Assembly: GCF_026210795.1 (NCBI RefSeq)
Contig: NC_089432.1
Span: 682,001 to 746,000, forward strand
DNA length: 64,000 nt
Direction: 5' to 3'
Source of the DNA: Rhizophagus irregularis
Taxonomy: Eukaryota
Part shown: piece after piece, positions 53,501 through 64,000 of the stretch
How positions within the stretch are numbered: the stretch's first letter is position 1
Layout: the number at the start of each line of letters is the position of its first letter
The notes under the pieces: generated by a model
Seen by the model: the letters and a program-made list of their open reading frames with translations, nothing else
Database searches by the model: none
What the model was told of the DNA's origin: nothing
Made by a program: the position numbers and the translations under genes

Positions 53501-56044
53501 GGTCACAAGTTATGGCTTTATCAAAAACACAAACAGAATCTTTAATTATTCCTTTTAGAAGGATGTTTAAAAACAAACTAAAATTCGCTCGTTCAGCGCC
53601 TAACGCTATACTCGATAATCCTTATATATATGGATATAGAGATTTTTACGACAATCAACTTCAAGCCAAAATTACGGATTTTTGTATTCAACTTAACGAC
53701 AATGGTCTCTTAGGAAAAGTTACTGAAATTCGTTTAAAATCCTTACAGGATCAATTATGGACATCGCGCCCATTAATAGAAAAACTTCCTTATAATCGTG
53801 TTCCGCACACACGAAAAAATAATTATATTCTTAATATGCTTTTATTATGCTATGATAATAATATTTCGTTAGAATATTTAGATGATAATATTTTTCCATC
53901 AATTAAAGGAGGTAAAATTCCTTTGGAAGACGTGGTAGATAATGCATATTATTCTAAACATAGGAAGAGACTTCGTGAAAAGAATATCTTATTTTTAGAT
54001 CAAATTATTTCAGGTGATAAATTTCGTTTATTGTTATGGAAAGAAATACTTATTAAGGCTTATATTCCTATTTTTTCACAACGGAAAGAAACTAAATGGT
54101 ATTCAGATATTAGAAATTTAATTACTTCAGATGGTGTTCATTTGAATCATAATATAACACAATTATTTGGCGCTCGTGTTGATAATGTGGAAGAGACTCG
54201 ATCATATGATATTAATAAAAAAAATAGATCTTTAGTTGCATGTTATAATTCACAATTTAACTCTGTAGTCATTGGAAAGATTCAAAGAATAGATGAAACA
54301 AAACGACCTGTTATTAAACATTTTCATATTGATATGTCTCGATGTACCGATACACATACTTATATATATCAATGTATGGAATATGGATGTGCTGCTAATG
54401 CATCATTATCAACTCGATCACCTTGTACGTTTTCTGCTGACTGGGAATGTTTAGTACCATTATTAACAGATTCTCAATTTGCGCCTAGTCAACTTATAAA
54501 CTTAATAGAATTTAATATTTTTGACATTTTTGATTTTGCAAAAAAGAAATATGATATTATAAATCAAGCGTTAACGCAAAATCACGTGATTTCTCCTTCT
54601 TCACAATTACAAGATAATATAATTTTAGATTTATTAGATTCTTCAACTTCAAGAAATGACTTGTTAACTATACAACGAACATTAGCTCCTTTTGACAATA
54701 ACAATTATTATATTTTTGAATTTTACACTGATGGATCTTTAATCGAATTAGGTACTGAGCAGTGTAGTATCAGTTGCGCCTTCGCTCAGATTAGTGATTT
54801 GTTTGATATACCTCATGTCGAATTTTATTCTACTATTGATAAATAGCCTTCTGCATATAGAGGAGAATTGTTAGCTGTTCTTTTAGCATTAAGCGTTGTT
54901 CCAAAAAATAGTAAAGTTAGAATTAACACAGACTCGCTTAACGTGATTACTCAATTTGAAAAATTGAAGAAGTCAAGATTTTCTCAAACCTCACGTGAAT
55001 ACTTTAAGGCTAATAATAATTTCTTATGGGCTATTTTATGTAGAATCATATTAACATTGAACTTGCATGTGGAAATGTTTAAGGTTGTTGCTCATGGTGA
55101 TGATATGGGTAATAATTATGTAGATAATTTGGCGAAAATTGCACATACTGATCAAGATCGCTATATAGTTTTACGACAGAACGCTTGTATGATGAAAGTT
55201 CTTCCTTGTTGGAATGGAATTATTATTGAAAATAAGCTGCACTCATTTTTGAAAAATATATGCAACTACAAAGGTTTAGAAAAATTTATTAATTTGAATA
55301 GAAATTCTAAATATCGCACGCTAGAAGTCGACTGGACATTCACATTTAGTTGTTTAAATTGTGACATAAATAACAATGAAACTTCTGTTTCTTCTTCTAA
55401 AACGAAAGCTCAAAAAGTTCACTTGTTAATTGAAGAAATTCCTACAATTGAACAGATGAAGAAATCATTGTTTGACTTATATGATGGTTGGATGTGCCCT
55501 ATATGTGGTCTACAAGATGAAACCTTTAATCATGTCTGGACGTGTAGTGGTCATTATGATATTATTAACAACATTCGAGATAAGACTATTAATCATCTCT
55601 TAACTTGGATATTAGAATATAATGATAATATACAAGATTTTAATGCTCTTATGGCACTTGATATATGGGATATATCTTATGATCCTAACGTGTTTACTTT
55701 TATTGACTTGATTAAAGGTATTATACCTATGTCACTTTCAGAATTATTGAATTCCTGGACTACAAAGAAAAATGTTGTTGATGTTTTGGTTCAAATGAGA
55801 CAGTTTATTTTTAATGCTATATTCGAAGAAGTTTGGATTCCAAGGTGTTCGCATTTGAAGGAATTTGAACATTCTATAGGATTAACTAAAAAGAAAAAAA
55901 TTAGAATTCAAAAGCGTTCGTTCATTACCTAGTAATAATAGTAGTTATACTAATAATATTCATTATGATTCTTTAGATAGTGTTAGGAATTACATTTATT
56001 TTGGTAAAAATATAATAGAATTTTATACTAATCTTACTTCGTAG
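50584..56044 (+). pseudogene. LINE ORF2 of copy A: AP endonuclease - reverse transcriptase - RNase H - CCHC finger; disrupted
   Basis: APE motifs TTNIR, GLAET, MGDFN, SRIDYIW, TDH. RT motifs KATGPSG, RPITLLE, QDMGKAYD, GIDQG, YMDD. RNase H motifs YTDGS, ELLA, NTDS, AH...GNNYVD. C-terminal CPICGLQDETFNHVWTC. In-frame TAG at 54844-54846 (TGG in copy B) and an extra A at ~55895-55899. Confidence 0.93.
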
Positions 56045-56476
56045 CGCCATCGTAGATTTTAGTAGTTTGATTTATATAATTTTATAGGGTCAATTTTACT
56101 TTCTTCTGCAGGGCGGGCTTCAACTTACCAAGTTTCGGCTAGTGTATGGGAGGTAGTGGGTTAATTAAAGAAATGGTTTTTAGGTGTAGTTGGTTATATC
56201 TTTAATAGTTTCGTATTTAATTGCCCCACCGTCAAAGTAGATTCTTCTGATAGTTTAGTTCATTTTTTTATTTTACTTCTTCATTTCTGATATGTTTATA
56301 AAATTTGTATTCGCTAACTATTACTGTTCAATAAAAATAAAAATAAAAATAAAAATAAAAAATAAAAATAAATTAATAATACTAAAATGATTATCTGGGT
56401 GTTAATTCACATAAAAATATGGCAAATTGTTAAAATCGCTTAAAATCCGCAGTAAATATTTAACAATTTATAGAAA

Positions 56477-58625
56477 ATGTCTGGAAACGCTAAACGAGGT
56501 GGTAGAGGTGGTAGACAAACACGTAGCTCAAGCCGTAATTCCCAAGCAGGTGGAAGTAGGCCAACTAGTCCTGAAAACCAGTTCACCTTCAGTGCACCGA
56601 AGGAAACTGCTTCTCATCATGAGAGTATTTGGAATACCTATCGGAAAAAGCCGCAGCCAACTTCTGACAAAAAACTGACAGAAACCATGGAAGCTGAACG
56701 TGCTATGGACATGGAAAAAGAAATTGTTCAGGATACTTATGGTCCAAACTCCAAATCTTCTTCTGGTAACAACTAAGGGAAAGCTACTGAAAAGTCCAAG
56801 CCGGTCGCGAAAGATTTGTCACGTGACCCTCCCTTACCTCCGCAGAATATTGTTAACAACGTGAATGGAACCAATAAGATTCCGACTCTTAACAAAGAAA
56901 TTACTTCAACTCCTCATAAAGATCAACAACAATCTGTTGTATTGCCTAATCAGGAAAAGATTAATCTGCAAGTTGATCAAGGGTCCCAGCCCATGGATGT
57001 TGATCCTAGTACTTCTAACAAAGACCCGTCGATCATCACTATAGAAAAAGTAAAAGAACACATTGCACTTGTTCCATATGGTGAGCTTATTGGAGGAAAA
57101 AATCTGAAAACTACTAAAATTAAAAAGGCACTACAAACCTATAATATCCAATATAACAAACAACTTCCAGTTACCCCGTTGGGGAAACAAGGGGCCAAGG
57201 TATCATTTTTAGATAAAGAAAAATTTGACCAATTTCTCAAAATGGAACTAATTATTCAGGAGCAAAAAGAAGGCGATTCGGGTGAAGTGTTTAATGTGAA
57301 ACTCCAACCTACCCCATTAAAACCTGAAAAGGTGGCTACTACAAACGACAATAATAATGACATGTCACAAAATTCCAACAGTCGTACAATTCAAGTGATC
57401 GATATTCCTGCATTTCGACAGGTACGCGAAATTCGTGAGTCCTTTGAAGATCTTGGTGAAATTGAGAAAATTTATACGAGAGGTGCTGGTCTTTACCAAG
57501 TTGCCTTCATTACGTATAAGGATGCTACTTCTATTGATTACTTTAAAGAGCAATGGAGCTATCATATTAATAAAGACATAGTTAGAGTCTTACCTTTGTT
57601 ATTGAGCAAGGAGGAACGCGAGAATAGGAAGCAATTCTCGTTAAGATTGTCAGGATTACATTATCAAACTAGTGGTTATGATCTCAAGGAAGTTATGACA
57701 CAATGTAAAGGGAAAACTTGTTTTATCCCAGCTGTTATGATTCGTGGTAAATATCAAAGATGTCGCTATGCTTACATCCATTTTTCTTCGAGAGATGATT
57801 TGGTGGCAGCCAGACAAATGAATATTGAATTTAAAAAAGGCCACGCTGGTACTCGACATTTATATTGGAGCAAAGAAGAAGACCGCATTTGTAATATTTG
57901 CGGTAATCCCACTCATATGGCCAAAGACTGTACTAACAAAGATATTAACAAATCTCATTCCAAACGGTTTGTTAGTGGTGCTGATAATTGGAAAAATTTA
58001 AAAAGTCGTATGCAGATGCGGCTAAATCTAAACAAAATTCCAGAAATAATTCTAAATTTAATAAAAATATTCCCTCTGGATCACGTGATCAAGGAAGACC
58101 TCGCAGTAATCATGATAATAATGACGACGATAGTGATGATTTTAATAACCATCCGATGTTTTTAAAATTCAAGGAACAAATTATTAACACTATAAGGAAG
58201 GTTGAAGATAAATTGCTCAATATGGAGTCGCTTATTAGCGATACTGGCAAGCAAATTGGTGAAGTTGTTACGGCTCAACAAGCGCTTAAATGTGATAAAG
58301 CGCATCCAGTTCCGATTAATAAGAAAAAGAATAATCATCAATCTGGTAATAATACAGAAGTTAAAGCGAAAAGACGCTGTAAAAGTGATTCTGAATCAAG
58401 TGAAGATGAAGATGAACTCGCGAATAAGTCCATTATTCAATCACAACAATTCCAAAAATCTGATCAAAACATTCAAAGTATTGTTGCTCAACAGAAGCAA
58501 ATACAACAAAATCACCAGGAAACTAAATCCTTACTTTCATCTCTTTACAACATGTTAGCTGGTGGCCCTTCAGCTTCGTCATTATTGGGGATAATGATGA
58601 AGTTTTTGAGGATTCTGCCGTATAA
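56477..58625 (+). pseudogene. LINE ORF1 of copy B, disrupted
   Basis: Starts MSGNAKRGGRGGR. In-frame TAA at 56774-56776. Single-base deletions relative to copy A at ~58000 and ~58588. RRM-like and CCHC domains as in copy A. Confidence 0.88.
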
Positions 58626-58633
58626 TTATTTTT

Positions 58634-61600
58634 ATGATGAACAATAATATAATTTCTCCTTCTAGTTCGAACATTCAACAACAAAAAAATTTCCCCCAAA
58701 TAGAAAATAACAACCCAATTATTACAAAAGATTCTTTAAAAAATTTTTCAATAACGAAAATAGCTACTACGAATATTCGTACCCTTAGTAAAGACAAATT
58801 AATTTTTACGTTAGATGCGATGAAAAATAATGATATTGACATATATGGATTAGCTGAGACTAATCTTTCTTATAGACAATCGAAAATTTGGCAACAACAA
58901 TTTGGTTTCCATGGTTATTTTGATTATTCACAACAAGGGGGTAAAGGTCAAGGCATAGGAATTATCGTTAGCGATAAATACGATATATTTGTTCATAAAG
59001 CGGTTGGTCATAAAGGCCGTGTTATATATTTAGACTTAAATTTTAGTCAAAAGAAAAATGTTAGGTTACTTCAGGTGTACATTAACGCTAACAAAAATGA
59101 AAGAACACAAATTGAGGAACTTTATCAATATATCGAAAATGTTATCGATGACGCGAAAAACAAAAATATGGAAATAATCATTATGGGTGATTTCAACATT
59201 AATTATAGAAAATATTTGATGTCATTTGTTAATAATAGATGGTATTTCAAATTGTTCAAAATGCTAGAAAACAGACACCTTTTAGATACAATTCCGATAT
59301 TCAACGAAGATGACGAAAATATATATACTTATATTCCGCCTAATGATTCTAATGAAAAATCAAGAATAGATTATATTTGGGCTTCATTACCAATACTTGG
59401 CCAAAGTTTGAATAGTACTGTAATAGAAAATGATCATTTTACAACTGATCATAATACTGTCACTTTATCGCTTGATACACAATTATTTATAGGAAAAACA
59501 TTACCTAAGATTAACAAAAGTAAAAAGAAAATAACTCGTACTGTGTTTTTATATGATGAAATGGATCAGGAAGATGATGAATTTACATGGGATAATTTCC
59601 GTGCTGGTTTGGATCATGAAATCGAAAGACTCAAACTAAAGGATCGATCGATCACGAAAAGAAAACATGTTGATCATGTGTGGGATTCTCTTAGACAACT
59701 TATCATGAAATCTGCTAATGAAAATATAAAAAACAAAAAAGTGATAAAACAGAAAATCAAATGTGCTCCTGAGAAAAAGTTGTCAGTTTACTTTGATTTA
59801 AGATATATCATTAATCGTATTCAAGAAATCCGCTCATGTATCACAAAATTAAGAAACCATCCAAATCAGGAAATGATCGACAAATGGATTAATTATCAAA
59901 ATGCGATAATTAAATTAAAAGACAAGTATGAGTTAGTTACTTCTGACAATAATTTTAATTTCTTAGATAATGATCAGTTCCATAGATATCTTGATGAACT
60001 TAATGAAATTAGAAAACAATTGAGAATTGTTTTTAAACTTGAACTTAATATTATGGAACAAGAACAAATTATCTCTAACATCAAGAAGCGATGTGATAAT
60101 TATAAAGAAGATCAAGGAAGAATGATTCAATCTATTACAGAAAAAGAAATGGTTTCCATTTTTATTGAAAAAATTTATAAGAAAGATCATAATGGTAATG
60201 AAGTCTTAATTACAGATGAGAATCACATGATAGAAGAAACAAATCGTCATTTTCAAACAGTGGCAGGCTCTGTTAATCGAAAGAAACCAATACAAGGCAG
60301 ATGGAAAGAGCAATATAAACCACAGTCTCATATTAACGAAAATATATACTCTAGCATTATGGACGCTCCATCTTATGATGAATGGTTAGATATTATTCGA
60401 CAACTATCTAATGGAAAAGCGACAGGACCTTCTGGCGTGTCGAATGAAATGTTAAAACATCTAAGTGATGATTGTAATCATATTTTATATTATTTAATTT
60501 GTAAGATTATAGAATTGGGATATTTACCAAAACAATGGAAAGATGCGATGGTCTTTCCTATTGCTAAACCTAAACCCTTTAATTGTGAATTATCAAACTC
60601 TCGCCCTATTACTCTTTTAGAAACCACTCGAAAAGCACTTATTTCCTTGCTAAATCGTCGTTTAGCAATCATTTTGAAAGATAATAATGTACTAAAGGCA
60701 AATCAATTCGCTGGTCTGCCTAAACAATCAACATTTGAACCGATAAGGATTATGAACGAAGTTATTCAAGATTCAATCGATAATAATAATGAATTATGGA
60801 TACTCTCTCAGGATATGGGAAAGGCTTATGATCGTGTGAACATCTTTCAACTCAAAAAAGCGATGGATAGAATTAAAATTCCTAACGATTTTTCATCTCT
60901 CATTTTAGAACTTTTTAAAGATAGAAAAAATCAAGTAATCACTGCGTATGGAAAAACTGCACCTTATGATGTTCTTACAGGAATCGATCAAGAAGAAGTT
61001 ATTTCACCGTTACTTTGGTGTATTTATTACGATCCTCTTTTAGCAGAAATTGATAAACAACAATTGGGATATAATATTTCTTGTATATCAAAATCAGTTG
61101 TTCAAGAAGAAGGTGTACTCAATCAACAAAATGTTTCCATTATGGCGTATATGGATGATACTCAATGGATTACTGATGAAAAATCGAAATTGGAAAAGAT
61201 GTTATACATTGCTGATACATTTTATCATCTTAATGATATTCAAATCAACAAAGAAAAGTCTGAGCTTATGATGAGAACTACAACTGAGAAGCGTAAATAT
61301 TCTCATAATTACAATGACAAAATTTCAATCAAGTTTGGTCGTGAAGAAATTAATATTAAAGCCAAACATCCACACGAACCTATGCGTATCCTGGGAGTGT
61401 ATTTTAATATTGAACATGATGGAAATTATCTAATGTTCAAAATCAAGAATGAAATAGACCATTTAGTTAATCTTATGTATAAAAAGAAGATTACTGATAA
61501 ACATATTTTGTATATATTTAATAGAATTATCGTTCCTCGAGTTGAATACTGGTCACAAGTTATGGCTTTATCAAAAACACAAACAGAATCTTTAATTATT

Positions 61601-64000
61601 CCTTTTAGAAGGATGTTTAAAAACAAATTAAAATTCGCTCGTTCAGCGCCTAACGCTATACTTGATAATCCTTATATATATGGATATAGAGATTTTTACG
61701 ACAATCAACTTCAAGCCAAAATTACTGATTTTTGTATTCAACTTAATGATAATGGTCTATTAGGAAAAGTTACTGAAATTCGTTTAAAATCCTTACAGGA
61801 TCAATTATGGACATCGCGCCCATTGATAGAAAAACTTCCTTATAATCGTGTTTCGCATACACGAAAAAATAATTATATTCTTAATATGCTTTTATTATGT
61901 TATGATAACAATATTTCGTTAGAAAATTTAGATAAATTTATTTTTCCATCAATTAAAGGAGGTACAATTCCTTTGGAAGACGTGGTTGATAATGCATATT
62001 ATTCCAAATATAGGATGAGACTTCGTGAAAAGAATATTTTATTTTTAGATCAAATTATTTCAGGTGATAAATCTCGTTTATTGTTATGGAAAGAAATACT
62101 TATTAAGGCTTATATTCCTGTTTTTTCACAACGGAAAGAAACTAAATGGTATTCAGATATTAGAAACTTAATTACTTCAGATGGTGTTCATTTGATTCTT
62201 AATATAACACAATTATTTGGCGCTCGTGTTGACAATGTGGAAGAGGCTCGATCATATGATATTGCTAAAAAAAATAGATCTTTAATAGCCGTTTATAATT
62301 CACAATTTAACTCCGTAGTTATTGGTAAAATTCAAGGAATAGATGATACACAACGACCTGTTATTAAACATTTTCATATTGATATGTCTAGATGTACCAA
62401 TACACATACTTATATATATCAATGTATGGAATATGGATGTGCTGCTAATGCATCATTATCAATACGATCACCTTGTACGTTTTCTGCTGACTGGGAATGT
62501 TTAGTACCATTATTAACAGATTCTCAATTTGCACCTAGTCAACTTACAAACTTAATAGAATTTAATATTTTTGACATTTTTGATTTTGCAAAAAAGAAGT
62601 ATGATATTATACATCAAGCGTTAACGCAAAATCACGTGATTTCATCACAAGTGCAAGATAATATAATTTTGGATTTATTAGATTCTTCAACTTCAAGAAA
62701 TGACTTGTTAACTATACAACGCACATTAGCTCCTTTTGACAACAACAATTATTATATTTTTGAGTTTTACACCGATGGATCATTAATAGAATTAGGTACT
62801 GAACAATGTAGTATTAGTTGCGCTTTCGCTCAGATTAGTGATTTATTTGATATACCTCATGTAGAATTTTATTCTACTATTGATAAATGGCCTTCTGCAT
62901 ATAGAGGAGAATTATTAGCAGTCCTTTTAGCATTAAGCGTTGTTCCAAAAAATAGCAAAGTTAGAATTAATACAGATTCGCTTAACGTAATTACACAATT
63001 TGAAAAATTAAAGAACTCAAGATTTTCTCAAACTTCACGAGAATACTTTAAGACTAATAATAATTTCTTATGAGCTATTTTATGTAGAATTATATTAACA
63101 TTGAACTTGCATGTGGAAATGTTTAAAGTTGTTGCTCATGGTGATGATATGGGTAATAATTATGTAGATAATTTGGCAAAAATTGCACATACTGATCAGG
63201 ATCGCTATATAGTTTTTCAACGGGATGCTTGTATGATGAAAGTTCTTCCTTGTTGGAATGGGATTATTATTGAAAATAAGCTGCGTTCATTTTTGAAAAA
63301 TATATGCAACTACAAAGGATTGGAAAAATTTATTAATTTAAACAGAAATTCTAAATATCGCACGTTAGAAGTTGACTGGACATCCACATTTAGTTGTTTA
63401 AATTGTGATATAAATAACAATGAAACTTCTGTTTCTTCTTCTAAAACGAAAGCTCAAAAAGTTCACTTGTTAATTGAAGAAATTCCTACAATTGAACAGA
63501 TGAAGAAATCATTGCTTGACTTATATGATGGTTGGATGTGCCCTATATGTGGACTACAAGACGAAACTTTTAATCATGTCTGGACGTGTAGTGGTCATTA
63601 TGATATTATTCACAACATTAGAGATAAGACTATTATTCATCTCTTGACCTGGATTTTGGAATATAATGATAATATACACGATTTTAATGCTCTTATGGCG
63701 CTTGATATATGGGATATATCTTATGATCCTAACGTATTTACTTTCATCGATCTTATTAAAGGACTTATACCTATGTCACTTTCAGATTTGTTGAGTTCTT
63801 GGACTACAAAGAATAACGTTGCTGATGTTTTAATTCAAATGAGGCAGTTTATTTTTAATGAGATATTTGAAGAGGTTTGGATTCCAAGGTGTTCGCATTT
63901 GAAGGAATTTGAACGTTCTTTAGGGTTGACTAAAAAGAAAAAATTAGAGTTTAAAAGCGTTCGTTTATTACCTAATAATAATAATAGTAATAATAATATT
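58634..64000 (+). pseudogene. LINE ORF2 of copy B (APE-RT-RNaseH-CCHC), disrupted, incomplete at the window edge
   Basis: Same motifs as copy A. In-frame TGA at 63071-63073 (TGG in copy A). RT motif reads GIDQE instead of GIDQG. Confidence 0.93.

Larger units (their letters stand above)
49084..56369 (+). mobile_element. L1/Tx1-like non-LTR retrotransposon, copy A (5'-truncated within ORF1)
   Basis: Partial ORF1, ORF2, ~290-bp 3' UTR and TAAAAA-repeat tail at ~56330-56369, flanked on both sides by AAATTAATAATAC. Confidence 0.95.
56383..64000 (+). mobile_element. L1/Tx1-like non-LTR retrotransposon, copy B (apparently full-length 5' end; runs off the window)
   Basis: ~95-bp 5' UTR after AAATTAATAATAC (56370-56382), ORF1 from 56477, ORF2 from 58634. 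Highly similar but not identical to copy A. Confidence 0.95.

Noticed and set aside
54844..54846. Programmed stop read-through or alternative genetic code in ORF2
   Set aside because: The stops are at different Trp codons in the two copies, and each is TGG in the other copy, so they are simple mutations.
48414..56369. LTR retrotransposon (48414-49070 and 55680-56335 look like direct terminal repeats)
   Set aside because: The repeats are LINE ORF2 C-terminus plus 3' UTR with tails. There are no TG...CA ends, PBS, protease or integrase.
53376..61626. Short antisense ORFs conserved in both LINE copies (53376-53576, 61426-61626)
   Set aside because: Their conservation is explained by the near identity of the overlapping ORF2; there is no independent evidence.
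49084..64000. RIP-type mutation of the LINE copies
   Set aside because: Only a few disabling G>A changes in mixed contexts; ORFs remain largely open and CpA/CpG sites persist. Not supportable without a computed spectrum.

Overview
AT-rich eukaryotic genomic DNA with short GT-AG introns. The gene content is typical of an arbuscular mycorrhizal fungus (Glomeromycotina, Rhizophagus-like); this assignment is inferred from gene families, not from a search. The first ~37 kb hold expanded-family genes: three Sel1-repeat-only genes, a TKL (pseudo)kinase-Sel1 gene, a Crinkler-type gene (CRN N-terminus + AAA-like NTPase + PD-(D/E)XK nuclease), a RING/U-box-like + TPR gene, a TRP-like channel and a Cys-rich TKL kinase. 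Several hAT-type MITEs with exact 8-bp target-site duplications and a nested fold-back region lie between them. From ~37 to 47 kb the DNA is gene-poor, with transposon relics, a 66-bp minisatellite and a 1.7-kb satellite built on TAACGTTA. From 47.3 kb to the window end is the most striking structure: a head-to-tail array of four non-LTR retroelement insertions. The three whose 3' ends are visible end in a TAAAAA-repeat tail, and all four are preceded by the same sequence AAAATAAATTAATAATAC, which points to repeated sequence-specific insertion at one site. Three are independent copies of one L1/Tx1-like LINE (ORF1 RRM+CCHC; ORF2 APE-RT-RNaseH-CCHC). The fourth is a ~1-kb element with no recognisable coding capacity that shares only a structured 3' RNA motif, the tail and the target with the LINE. 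All domain calls are by eye from motifs; no searches were run.
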